The translations under genes and the position numbers were made by a program. Positions 48,997 through 59,301 of a stretch of DNA of 64,000 nt are shown here, one piece after another (positions within the stretch are counted from its first letter, which is position 1; every line of letters starts with the position of its first letter). Source of the stretch: Sedimentisphaerales bacterium (GTDB lineage: Bacteria; Planctomycetota; Phycisphaerae; Sedimentisphaerales; SM23-30); NCBI GenBank assembly GCA_963666285.1, contig OY762711.1. One strand, given 5' to 3'. Under the pieces are notes generated by a model. That model ran no database searches. It had not been told where the DNA came from and worked only from the letters and a program-made list of their open reading frames with translations.

Positions 48997-51699
48997 ATGA
49001 ATTATTTACTACTACAAATTCGAGTATGTTTATTATTGATTGTTTTTTCAGTCTACTTCAGCAGTTATATTTTTGCTGTATCAGAGGGTGAAAAAATATA
49101 TCTTGATCCGTCGTATAGTTTCGAAGTCAGGGCAGATGACCTTGTAAGCCGGATGACACTTGAAGAAAAGATTTCTCAGTTAGGTGATCGGTCCTCAGGG
49201 ATAGAGAGACTTGGCATTCTCCCTTATAACTGGTGGAATGAATGTTTGCATGGGGTTGCCCGTGCAGGTGTTGCAACTGTTTTTCCCCAGCCGATTGGTA
49301 TGGCGGCATCATTTGATAGGGAATTGATGTATGAAACAGCTTGTGCTATTAGTGATGAGGCAAGGGCCAAGCATCACGAGGCGATAAGAAACGAGGATTA
49401 CAGACGTTATCGGGGGCTAACCTACTGGTCACCAAATATAAATATTTTACGTGATCCTAGATGGGGGCGTGGCCATGAAACTTATGGTGAAGATCCTTAT
49501 CTTACCGGGCAATTGGGGATTCAATTTGTGCGTGGTTTGCAGGGGGATAACCCCAGGTATCTAAAACTTGTAGCTACTGCCAAACATTTTGCGGTTCATA
49601 GCGGTCCTGAACCTGGGAGAAATGCTTTCAATGTTGTGCCAAACGCACGAGATCTTTGGGAGACATATCTGCCGGCTTTTTATGATTTGGTTGTAACAGG
49701 TAAAGTATATTCTGTAATGGGGGCGTATAATAGAATTGATGGTGAGGCTGCTTCTGCCAGTTGGATGCTGCTAGAGGATATTTTGCGTAATCGTTGGAAT
49801 TTTGATGGTTATGTTGTCTCTGATTGTGGTGCGATACATAATATTTTTGCATATCATAACATTGTTGATACAGCAGAGGAAGCAGCAGCTATAGGGATTA
49901 GAAGAGGTTGTGATCTTGACTGTGGTAGTGTCTATTTGGAATTTCTTTTGGAATCAGTTAAAGAAGGATTAATTGGAGAGGATGAAATTGATCTTGCTGT
50001 ATATAGACTTATGCTGGCGCGTATGAAGTTGGGCATGTTTGATCCGCCCGAAATGGTGCCATATGCACAAATTCCTTATGAGGTCAATGACTGCCAAAAA
50101 CATAGTGATCTAGCATTGGAAATGGCACAAAAGTCGATGGTCTTGTTAAAAAATGACGGGTTGCTGCCTTTTGATTGTAGTAAACTAAAGACAATTGCTG
50201 TTGTGGGGCCGAATGCTGATAGTGTGGCTGCATTACGTGGTAATTATTATGGAACTGCTCCAAATCCTGTAACAGTATTGGAAGGTATTCGACATGCAGT
50301 TGGCAGCAATGTTGAAGTTTTATATTCTGAAGGTTGTTCGTTAGTAGAAAACAGTGAAAAAATTATTAGTTCGACTTATTTATCTACTATCGATCAGAAC
50401 GGTCAGGAGGTCGAGGGATTAATGGGGCAGTATTTTAGAGGGATAGAACTACAGGGGCAGCCGGTATTGACCAGGGTTGACCGCAAAATTCAGATGGATT
50501 GGGGGGTGAATTCACCAACTGAGACAGAAGTAGCTCAGGGTATCCTTACTAATGAACAGGGACTTGGTGGCGATAATTTCTCTGCTCGCTGGACAGGTAA
50601 GCTGCTGGCACCTGTTACCGGTACTTATAAAATAGGACTTGTAGCTGATGATGGATGCAGGTTGTTTATAAATGGTAAAAAGATTGCAGAAGGCTGGTAT
50701 GGCCATGGCATGGAAGAATTTTCTGCTAATATGGATTTTGTGCAGGGCAAGTATTATGATATAAAAATAGAATACTATGAGGGCATTCTTGGTGCCGGTA
50801 TTCAATTGATTTGGGAGCTTCCAAAGACTAAGGACGGAGTTGGTGGCAGAATTTTAGCAAAGACCATTGATGATGTACAAAAATCTGATGTTGCCATTTT
50901 TGTAGGTGGACTTGATGCTGAATGGGAAGGCGAAGAAATGAAAGATAAAACTGAAGTCGAAGGGTTTGATCTTGGCGACAGGACTAATCTCGAATTGCCT
51001 ATGGTTCAGATAGAAACAATTAAAGCATTGCAGCAGACCGGAACCCCTGTTGTATTTGTTTTGTTAGCCGGGGGTTCGATAGCATTTGATGAAATCATGG
51101 ATGATTTGCCGGCGATATTGATGGGATGGTATCCCGGCCAGCGTGGCGGTGATGCAGTTGCTGACGTGTTGTTTGGCGATTATAACCCGTCTGGAAGGTT
51201 ACCGGTTACTTTCTACTCTTCAACTGCTGATTTAGGTGATTTTAAGGATTATAATATGAGTTCCGGTAATGGCAGAACCTATAGGTATTATCAGGGTAGT
51301 CCGTTATATCCGTTTGGTTATGGCTTGAGTTATACCAGTTTTGCTTATTCTGATATTGTTATTGATAGAGATATTATTTCGGTGAATGATACTGTTACCG
51401 TGTCAGTGAAAGTTAAAAATACTGGTAGCAGAACGGGAGATGAGGTTGTTCAGCTTTATGTCAGGGATATTGAATCTACCATGCCTATGCCTGTCAAGCA
51501 GCTGCGAGGTTTCGAGATGGTAAATCTAAAACCAGGTGAGCAAAAAGAAGTTACATTTGAATTAAAACCTTCTGTTGATATGCGATATTATAATGCCAGG
51601 AAAAAGGATTATGATGTTGAGCCAGGCGATTTTGAGATTCAAATCGGCTCGTCGAGCAGCCACATTCATCAAAAAGGTGTAATTACGGTTCAGGATTAA
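48997..51699 (+). CDS. GH3 beta-glycosidase with PA14 insert and Fn3-like domain
   Basis: WWNECLHG, RDPRWGRGHETYGED, KHF, VVSDC nucleophile, FSARWTG..DDG PA14. Confidence 0.92.
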   Translation: MNYLLLQIRVCLLLIVFSVYFSSYIFAVSEGEKIYLDPSYSFEVRADDLVSRMTLEEKISQLGDRSSGIERLGILPYNWWNECLHGVARAGVATVFPQPIGMAASFDRELMYETACAISDEARAKHHEAIRNEDYRRYRGLTYWSPNINILRDPRWGRGHETYGEDPYLTGQLGIQFVRGLQGDNPRYLKLVATAKHFAVHSGPEPGRNAFNVVPNARDLWETYLPAFYDLVVTGKVYSVMGAYNRIDGEAASASWMLLEDILRNRWNFDGYVVSDCGAIHNIFAYHNIVDTAEEAAAIGIRRGCDLDCGSVYLEFLLESVKEGLIGEDEIDLAVYRLMLARMKLGMFDPPEMVPYAQIPYEVNDCQKHSDLALEMAQKSMVLLKNDGLLPFDCSKLKTIAVVGPNADSVAALRGNYYGTAPNPVTVLEGIRHAVGSNVEVLYSEGCSLVENSEKIISSTYLSTIDQNGQEVEGLMGQYFRGIELQGQPVLTRVDRKIQMDWGVNSPTETEVAQGILTNEQGLGGDNFSARWTGKLLAPVTGTYKIGLVADDGCRLFINGKKIAEGWYGHGMEEFSANMDFVQGKYYDIKIEYYEGILGAGIQLIWELPKTKDGVGGRILAKTIDDVQKSDVAIFVGGLDAEWEGEEMKDKTEVEGFDLGDRTNLELPMVQIETIKALQQTGTPVVFVLLAGGSIAFDEIMDDLPAILMGWYPGQRGGDAVADVLFGDYNPSGRLPVTFYSSTADLGDFKDYNMSSGNGRTYRYYQGSPLYPFGYGLSYTSFAYSDIVIDRDIISVNDTVTVSVKVKNTGSRTGDEVVQLYVRDIESTMPMPVKQLRGFEMVNLKPGEQKEVTFELKPSVDMRYYNARKKDYDVEPGDFEIQIGSSSSHIHQKGVITVQD

Positions 51700-51719
51700 T
51701 TGTGTTTTTGGAGTTTATT

Positions 51720-54476
51720 ATGAAATATAAATACCTATTATTGATAGTATTGTTTTTTGCTATGTGTACTAATACAATTGTGTATGCAGTAGCAGACAGC
51801 TCTATGTCAGCAGAGGAATTAAGATGTGAGTACAGGGTTAATCCCGAAGGTATAGATGTTATGTCTCCTCGACTTAGCTGGCAGGTAGTTTCAAGTCAAA
51901 GATGTCAAATGCAAACTGCCTATCAAATTATCGTATCTTCCGGTATCAATGATTTGGATGCATGTATTGGCGATCTTTGGGATACCGGCAAGGTAGTTTC
52001 TGATAATACTTTGCATATAGAGTATAATGGCCTTTCCTTGTCTTCTTACCAACAGTGTTGGTGGAAAGTAAGAGTATGGGATAAAGATGGTCAGGTATCT
52101 GCCTGGAGTAATGCAGGGTACTGGTCAATGGGTATTCTTTCAGAGGACGAATGGAAAGGGCAATGGCTGGGATACGTTCAGTCATATGATGGAAAAGATA
52201 TTGATATTAAAGGATCGTGGAGACAGCAAGCTCCATCTCCAGTTTTTCGCAAGGAATTTCCTGTTACAAAACAGGTTAAGCGTGCTTCGCTGTATATTTG
52301 CGGTCTGGGCTATCATGAAGCGTATATTAATGGATTAAAAGTCGGAGATCATACCCTTGACCCTGCTTTTACCAGGTATGATTACAGCTGTTTGTATGTG
52401 ACTCACGATGTTACCAGTCAACTGATCAAAGGTGATAATGCAATCGGTGTTATGCTTGGTAATGGGTGGTTTAATGTGTTTTCTGATGCTGCCTGGGATT
52501 TTAATGAGGCTCCCTGGCGTGGTAAGCCCAGAATGTTGGCTCAGATTTTGATTGAGTACGCAGATGGAACATCGGAAATTATTGCCAGTAATAATACCTG
52601 GAAGGCTGCGACCGGTCCTGTATTTATGGATGGTATTCGCCAGGGTGAATATTATGATGCCTGCAGAGAGATGCCCGGGTGGACCAATTCCGGTTTTGAT
52701 GATAGCGGTTGGCATAAGCCCGAGATTATGACCGCTCCCGGAGGTAAGTTGCACGCACAAATGGTAGCTCCAGTCAGGGTAACTAAATCAATTAAACCTG
52801 TAACTCTGACAGAACCTGAAAGTGGTGTATATGTCTTCGATTTAGGACAAAATATTGCAGGCAGAGCTCAATTGAAAGTTTCTGGGCCGGCAGGCACAAA
52901 AGTTCAGATGCGATATAGCGAGGTTCTTGACAAGAGCGGTAGGGCCGACCAGACTGCAATTAAAAAGCATAATTATGATGATGTTTTTCAAACCGATACA
53001 TATATTTTGAAAGGAGATGGTGTAGAAACATGGGAACCCAGGTTTGTTTACCATGGATTTCGATATATTGAAGTGACGGGTTTACCTGAATGCCCGGCAT
53101 TGGATACGGTAATTGGCAGATTTGTACATACCGATTTTGCAAAGACTGGTCAGTTTAACTGTTCTAATGAGGTTATAAATAAAATGCAGAGCTGCATACT
53201 TTGGGCGTATTGCAGTAATTTTGTAGGCTATCCAACCGATTGCCCGCAGCGGGAAAAGAATGGATGGACCGGAGACGCTCATCTTGCCGCTGAACAGGCG
53301 ATGTACAACTGGGCTAATGGCAGTGGGTATACAAAATGGCTTTTAGATATGAAAGAGGCTCAATTGGATTCTGGAGAATTTCCAGGTATTGTTCCCTCCG
53401 GCGGCTGGGGATATAATGATGGTGAACACGGTCCGGGTTGGGATAGTGCGTATTTCATTATTCCATGGTTTATGTATTGTTATTATGGCGATATCAGAAT
53501 ACTGGAAACTCATTATGAGGGATTTAAACGCTATCTTGAGTACGCCGGACAAAAGACCAAAGACAATATTGCCTCTTTTGGATTAGGCGACTGGGTTCCG
53601 GCTAAAACACATACATTGAATAATGTTACCTCGACTGCATTCTATTATATGGATACAGTTATCACAGCAAAAGCTGCAAAATTGCTTGGATATGATTCTG
53701 ATGCCGAAAAATACACTAGGAAAGCTGAAGAGATAAAGCAATCTTATAATGATTATTTCTATAAAGGTCAGGGGATTTATGCTAACGGTAGCCAAACAGC
53801 ATTGAGTTTCCCTGTGTATAGCGGTTTAGTACCTGTCGATAGAATACAATCGGTTATGGATGCACTTATTTGCAATATTAAGTCTCAGGAAAATCATGTT
53901 GATACTGGTATTTTGGGAGCAAAAGCCATCTACAATGTTTTATCAGAAAATGGGTATCACAACCTTGCATATAAGATGGTGTTAAACCCGACAAAACCAT
54001 CTTATGCGGATTGGATCAATCAGGGGTGTACTACTTTTTGGGAATCATGGGATGGCACAGCTTCTCGAAACCATATCATGTTCGGTGATATTGGAGCGTG
54101 GTTTTATAAAAATATTGCTGGTATTTGCCTGGATCCGATTTCGGCTGACAGTATAGCATTCAAGCAATTTATTTTACGACCGAGACTTACTGATGGTATG
54201 ACTTGGACAAATGCTGCTTACAATTCGGTTCGTGGCAAAATTGTCAGTAATTGGGTCACTGAGAATACTACGTTTAACTGGAATATTCAAATTCCCGCTA
54301 ATACTACTGCTACTGTATTTGTTCCTTCAAGTGATGCTGAAACTGTTATGGAATCTGGAATTTCAGCCGGAAGTGCGGAGGGCGTATCATATGTGGATTA
54401 CAGTAATGGATATTCTATTTATTTGGTAGGTTCAGGTAATTATAAATTTATTTCCAAAATCTCGTTAAATCAGTAA
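51720..54476 (+). CDS. GH78 alpha-L-rhamnosidase
   Basis: PRLSW, FDLGQNIAG, YHGFRY, PTDCPQREKNGWTGD, TTFWESW, SRNHIM. Confidence 0.92.
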   Translation: MKYKYLLLIVLFFAMCTNTIVYAVADSSMSAEELRCEYRVNPEGIDVMSPRLSWQVVSSQRCQMQTAYQIIVSSGINDLDACIGDLWDTGKVVSDNTLHIEYNGLSLSSYQQCWWKVRVWDKDGQVSAWSNAGYWSMGILSEDEWKGQWLGYVQSYDGKDIDIKGSWRQQAPSPVFRKEFPVTKQVKRASLYICGLGYHEAYINGLKVGDHTLDPAFTRYDYSCLYVTHDVTSQLIKGDNAIGVMLGNGWFNVFSDAAWDFNEAPWRGKPRMLAQILIEYADGTSEIIASNNTWKAATGPVFMDGIRQGEYYDACREMPGWTNSGFDDSGWHKPEIMTAPGGKLHAQMVAPVRVTKSIKPVTLTEPESGVYVFDLGQNIAGRAQLKVSGPAGTKVQMRYSEVLDKSGRADQTAIKKHNYDDVFQTDTYILKGDGVETWEPRFVYHGFRYIEVTGLPECPALDTVIGRFVHTDFAKTGQFNCSNEVINKMQSCILWAYCSNFVGYPTDCPQREKNGWTGDAHLAAEQAMYNWANGSGYTKWLLDMKEAQLDSGEFPGIVPSGGWGYNDGEHGPGWDSAYFIIPWFMYCYYGDIRILETHYEGFKRYLEYAGQKTKDNIASFGLGDWVPAKTHTLNNVTSTAFYYMDTVITAKAAKLLGYDSDAEKYTRKAEEIKQSYNDYFYKGQGIYANGSQTALSFPVYSGLVPVDRIQSVMDALICNIKSQENHVDTGILGAKAIYNVLSENGYHNLAYKMVLNPTKPSYADWINQGCTTFWESWDGTASRNHIMFGDIGAWFYKNIAGICLDPISADSIAFKQFILRPRLTDGMTWTNAAYNSVRGKIVSNWVTENTTFNWNIQIPANTTATVFVPSSDAETVMESGISAGSAEGVSYVDYSNGYSIYLVGSGNYKFISKISLNQ

Positions 54477-54551
54477 TAGCACTTTTAACTTAATGAATCA
54501 TATTATTTTTCATAATCGAGAAAAATATGAAAAAATAGGAGAACGCAAGTA

Positions 54552-56219
54552 ATGAAATATATGTTTGATATGGTACACCATAATCCTGGAGAAAAGCTAA
54601 TTGAATCTTCTTTTAGTAACCCAAAGAAACTGAAATCTTTAGGTTATAACGGCCAGGTATTTAAACATATTGATAATGTTGCGACATATAGAAATTCTGG
54701 GCATGATATTTGGCCGGAAGGATCGGAGCAGGAGAAATGGCTGAAAGCCGCTTCTCAAAAAATGGTAGTTGAGATTCTTAAAGCCAAAGCAGAGGGGTTG
54801 GATGTTTTTTATCATATCGACTTATTTGTATTTCCACAAAAGCTGGTGGAAATATTTCATGACGAGATCTGCGGGGAAGATGGGAGAATATCTATTGATA
54901 AGCCAAAAACTCTTGAATTATGCAGGATAATGCTTGATGAGATAATTAATAGCTTCCCTGAGATTGATGGATTTATTATTAGAGTTGGTGAGACATATTT
55001 ATATGATGCCCCTTATCATGTAGGTAACGGAGCTGTATCCTATGATTCTGCTGAGGGGGGCCAAGTAGAAAAGCAGCAGTTTGTTAGGCTTATCAACTTT
55101 TTGAGGAAAGAAATATGTGTTAAGCATAGCAAATGTTTGTTTTTCAGGACATGGGATTGTTTTCCTGATAAGTTTCATGCTGATCTGGGCTATTATCTGG
55201 ATATAACTAATGAAGTCAGCCCGCATGAAAAGTTGTTTTTCTCCATTAAGCATACCAAGCTGGATTTTTGGAGGTATGTAGAGTTCAATCCATGTATAGC
55301 TCAAGGCAGTCATCAACAGGTTATAGAAATTCAATGCCAGAGAGAGTATGAAGGTAAAGGAGCATATCCTTCTTATGCAATGAGTGGTGTTATTGACGGA
55401 TTTGATGAATTTAAAAATAAAAAAGGTCTAAAAGATGTATTGAACCATCCTAATGTAAAGGGGATATATACCTGGTCAAGAGGGGGCGGATGGTACGGAC
55501 CTTATATAAAAAATGAATTCTGGCCTGAGTTAAACTTATCTGTTATAGCTTCCTATTATGCAAAGTCAGGCTTGTCTGAACCTGAAGTATTTATTGAATA
55601 TTGTGTTAAGACTTTGGGATTGGATTTGGAATCAGCCCTAAAATTCCGTAGAATCTGTGAGTTATCATCTCAGGTTGTTCTAAAGGGGCGATATTGTGGG
55701 CCGTATGACAAGATGCTTGATGGGAAACTCATGCCTTGTTGTAACTGGATGAGAGATAACAGGCTAGGTGGTTATAGTGAACTTAACGACTTATTTGAAT
55801 GTCTCTATGAAGAGAATTTGTTTGATGAGGCTTTAGCTGAAAAAAAGGAAGCTATGGAATTATGTCTGGAAATCGAAGACATATTTAGCGAAATAAAATT
55901 TCCTGATGAGCTACTTTCTGATTTCATTCAAACTTCAATTGAATATGGAAAATATTTATTTGGAATAGTCTATTATGGCTGGAAAATTATGGTTGAAGGT
56001 TTCAAAAAGCAAAAAGGAGTACATGTTGATAAGGTAGTATTGGAGCAGGACTATCAAGTTTACCTTGATTTGTGGCAAAAATATAAAGAATTGCATGCAA
56101 ATTCTGATTCTTGTTCTTCTTTATATGAAGATGTCGCATTTCAGATGCCTGAAAAAGAAAGATCTCCCGGTATGGGGGAATCGGTTAAACAAGTTATGCA
56201 GAGTCTGAAAGATTGCTGA
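54552..56219 (+). CDS. uncharacterised protein, possibly a TIM-barrel glycoside hydrolase
   Basis: 555 aa, no signal peptide, lies between GH78 and GH38; motifs DGFIIRVGET, FRTWD, QREYEGKG, WSRGGGWYGPY. Confidence 0.55.
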   Translation: MKYMFDMVHHNPGEKLIESSFSNPKKLKSLGYNGQVFKHIDNVATYRNSGHDIWPEGSEQEKWLKAASQKMVVEILKAKAEGLDVFYHIDLFVFPQKLVEIFHDEICGEDGRISIDKPKTLELCRIMLDEIINSFPEIDGFIIRVGETYLYDAPYHVGNGAVSYDSAEGGQVEKQQFVRLINFLRKEICVKHSKCLFFRTWDCFPDKFHADLGYYLDITNEVSPHEKLFFSIKHTKLDFWRYVEFNPCIAQGSHQQVIEIQCQREYEGKGAYPSYAMSGVIDGFDEFKNKKGLKDVLNHPNVKGIYTWSRGGGWYGPYIKNEFWPELNLSVIASYYAKSGLSEPEVFIEYCVKTLGLDLESALKFRRICELSSQVVLKGRYCGPYDKMLDGKLMPCCNWMRDNRLGGYSELNDLFECLYEENLFDEALAEKKEAMELCLEIEDIFSEIKFPDELLSDFIQTSIEYGKYLFGIVYYGWKIMVEGFKKQKGVHVDKVVLEQDYQVYLDLWQKYKELHANSDSCSSLYEDVAFQMPEKERSPGMGESVKQVMQSLKDC

Positions 56220-56262
56220 TATTTATTCTGTATTTTCTAGAGATAGTGTAAGGTGTATTTTT

Positions 56263-59200
56263 ATGTCATATTGCCATTTTAGTTACAAAGATGAATTTGA
56301 AAAACCTCGCAAAGAAATTGAAGGTGCGATATATACGCATGTTTCATTGCTTGATATAGTCGCTTGGGTCACTCCAGAGCCGGTTAGCTTTGCAGAAAGA
56401 ATGTCTGGAAAGAAACTCACTCTAAAGGAGAATGAAAAATGGGCCCAAAACGAGTTCGAGTGCGGCTGGTTTAACTTCAAGGGGAAAGTACCTTCTGAAT
56501 GTGAGGATAAGCATGTCGTTTTGCTTTTGGATGTAAATGGTGAGATGTGTGTCTTTGACACAAACGGCTCTCCGATAAGAGGGCTGACAAATGGTAGTTC
56601 CACATTTGAGTTTACATATGGTGAGCCTGGCAAAAGAGTTTTCCAGTTTACTGATCATTGCAAAGGTGGAGAGATAGTTGATATTTGGGCAGAGGCCGGA
56701 AGTAATGATCTATTCGGCAAGCTTTGTGGAGATTCAAAAGTTAAGGATGCAAAAATTGCTGTTTGTAATGACAATATGCGATGTTTATACTATGATTTTG
56801 AAGCTCTTTTAGAGATATTAAAGGTTTTGCCCGAAAAATCAGCTCGTTCTCATCAAATAAAAACAAAGTTGAGAGAAGTTTTACTATTATTAAATGAATA
56901 TACAGAACAAGATGCCATTAAATGTATTGAGGTGCTCAAGCCGTTATTTAATAGAAATGGCAGCAAATCGTCTCTTACTATCTCGGCAATTGGTCATGCT
57001 CATTTAGACATTGCCTGGCTTTGGCCTATTAGAGAGACTGTACGCAAGGGAGCCAGGACTTTTGCCACAGCATTAGATATGATGGATAGATACCCTGAAT
57101 ATGTTTTTGGAGCAAGCCAACCTCAATTATATGAATGGATAAAGACTGCTTATCCCAAATTGTATGACAGGATAAAGGGTAAAGTTCATGAAGGACGATG
57201 GGAAGTGCAGGGAGGGATGTGGGTTGAACCTGATACCAATGTCCCTTCGGGCGAATCCCTGGTAAGGCAAATATTATATGGCAAAAGATTTTACCGGGAG
57301 GAGTTTGGCGTTGATGTCAAAACTGTCTGGCTGCCAGATGTATTTGGTTATTCGGGCGCTTTACCTCAGATAATTCGTAAATCCCAGTGCAAATATTTTA
57401 TGACACAAAAGTTGTCATGGAATTCCATAAATAAATTTCCATACCATACTTTTATCTGGAAGGGTATTGACGGAAGTGAAGTTCTTGTTCACATGTTGCC
57501 GGAAGAAACATATAATAGCAGTGTCAAGCCGACGGCAGTTGTTGCTACAGAAGAAAACTTTAAGGAAAAAGCTGTTTCAGATAATTGTCTTATGCTTTTT
57601 GGCATAGGCAATGGTGGCGGCGGGCCCGGAGCCGAGCATTTGGAACGGATAAAAAGAGTGAATCGCTTTTCTGAGTTGCCTGAAGTAAAACAGGAAAAAA
57701 GTTCTGATTTCTTTGATCGAATTGCCGAAGATATTTCCTGTTATAAGCAATGGGCTGGGGAGTTATACCTTGAATGTCATAGAGGAACATACACCACACA
57801 GGCACATAGCAAGAGATATAATCGCAAGCTTGAGTTTGCTCTACGTGAGCTTGAAATGTTGTTAACATTTATTGATATTGATTCCGATGTTGGATATCCG
57901 AAATCTGATATAGAAAAGATTTGGAAAGAAGTACTTTTGTACCAGTTTCATGATATCTTGCCTGGAACTTCAATAAACAGAGTGTATGATGAGTCTTTAG
58001 CTCGGTATGAGATTCTGATGTTGAATGTTGAGCAGTTAATTGAGGAAGCTAAAAAGACTATGACAGAAAAATGTGATTCTGCAAGTCTTAAAGAACCTGG
58101 AATGGTTTTTAATTCTCTTTCCTGGTGTCGAAACGAATGGGTTAAAGCAGGGCAAAAGTGGTTTAGTGTAAAAGTTCCTGCATTGGGATACAGTTTACTT
58201 GATATGCAGGAATCAGAAGAGTGTGCCGAACAATTATTTGCTGACGAAGCCAGACTTGAGAATTCGTTAATACGTGTTATCTTTGACCAAAATGGAACTA
58301 TTAATTCTATTTATGACAAAGAATGTGAGCGTGAGATAATACCAGAAGGGGTGTCAGCTAATGTGCTGCGTGTATATCGTGATAAAGGAGATGCCTGGGA
58401 TATCTCGGTAGATTATGCAGATAAAATAATTGGAACTTTCAAATTGAGTTCAAGTGAAGCCTTTATTGATGGTCCTTGTGCAATATTAAGAAATGTCTAT
58501 AGTTTTAAGGATTCTAACCTGACCCAGGATGTTGTTGTTACTGCCGGAAGTAAAAGGATTGATTTTAGAACCTGGGTTGACTGGTATCAATCCGACCAGA
58601 TGCTGCGAACATCTTTTCCTGTTGATATACTGGCCACAGAAGCTACTTGTGATATCCAGTTTGGTAGTATAAAACGGCCTACCCATAAAAATACCAGTTG
58701 GGATTGGGCAAAATATGAAATTTGCGCACACAAATGGGTCGATATCTCTCAAAGAGATTATGGCGTTGCATTACTGAATGATTGTAAATATGGCTACAAG
58801 GTTTTTGGCAATATTCTGGACCTGAATCTCCTTAGAAGTACTAACTATCCCGGAACCTGCATTGATCGGGGGTATCATGATTTTACTTATTCATTGTTGC
58901 CGCATTCTGGCGACCATATTGTAGGTGGTGTTATTCGGGAGGGGTATAACCTGAATCAGCCTTTATCTATGTTGCCTGTAGCAAATAACAAATCCGGTGA
59001 TGAGTCTGGTAGCAGTTTTGTGCAGATTGATGAGGAGAATATCATAGTTGAAACTATAAAACAGGCAGAAGATTCAGATGGAATTATTGTCAGGCTTTAC
59101 GAGGCTCATGGAGCTTCTGTCAGGGCTGGATTGGAATTTTGCCATAGCTATAGTCTCATAAGTGAAGTAGACTTGATGGAAGAAAATCCAAAACAACTTG

Positions 59201-59271
59201 CTGTTGATAACAATTCTGTTGTAGTTGAATTTAAGCCGTATGAGATTAAAACATTACTTTTGAGTCGATAG
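56263..59271 (+). CDS. GH38 alpha-mannosidase
   Basis: GHAHLDIAWLW, GGMWVEPD, WLPDVFGY, GELYLECHRGTYT, QFHDILPG. Confidence 0.93.
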   Translation: MSYCHFSYKDEFEKPRKEIEGAIYTHVSLLDIVAWVTPEPVSFAERMSGKKLTLKENEKWAQNEFECGWFNFKGKVPSECEDKHVVLLLDVNGEMCVFDTNGSPIRGLTNGSSTFEFTYGEPGKRVFQFTDHCKGGEIVDIWAEAGSNDLFGKLCGDSKVKDAKIAVCNDNMRCLYYDFEALLEILKVLPEKSARSHQIKTKLREVLLLLNEYTEQDAIKCIEVLKPLFNRNGSKSSLTISAIGHAHLDIAWLWPIRETVRKGARTFATALDMMDRYPEYVFGASQPQLYEWIKTAYPKLYDRIKGKVHEGRWEVQGGMWVEPDTNVPSGESLVRQILYGKRFYREEFGVDVKTVWLPDVFGYSGALPQIIRKSQCKYFMTQKLSWNSINKFPYHTFIWKGIDGSEVLVHMLPEETYNSSVKPTAVVATEENFKEKAVSDNCLMLFGIGNGGGGPGAEHLERIKRVNRFSELPEVKQEKSSDFFDRIAEDISCYKQWAGELYLECHRGTYTTQAHSKRYNRKLEFALRELEMLLTFIDIDSDVGYPKSDIEKIWKEVLLYQFHDILPGTSINRVYDESLARYEILMLNVEQLIEEAKKTMTEKCDSASLKEPGMVFNSLSWCRNEWVKAGQKWFSVKVPALGYSLLDMQESEECAEQLFADEARLENSLIRVIFDQNGTINSIYDKECEREIIPEGVSANVLRVYRDKGDAWDISVDYADKIIGTFKLSSSEAFIDGPCAILRNVYSFKDSNLTQDVVVTAGSKRIDFRTWVDWYQSDQMLRTSFPVDILATEATCDIQFGSIKRPTHKNTSWDWAKYEICAHKWVDISQRDYGVALLNDCKYGYKVFGNILDLNLLRSTNYPGTCIDRGYHDFTYSLLPHSGDHIVGGVIREGYNLNQPLSMLPVANNKSGDESGSSFVQIDEENIIVETIKQAEDSDGIIVRLYEAHGASVRAGLEFCHSYSLISEVDLMEENPKQLAVDNNSVVVEFKPYEIKTLLLSR

Positions 59272-59301
59272 TTATAGTTTGGAACTTTAACGAACGGATA
59301 C

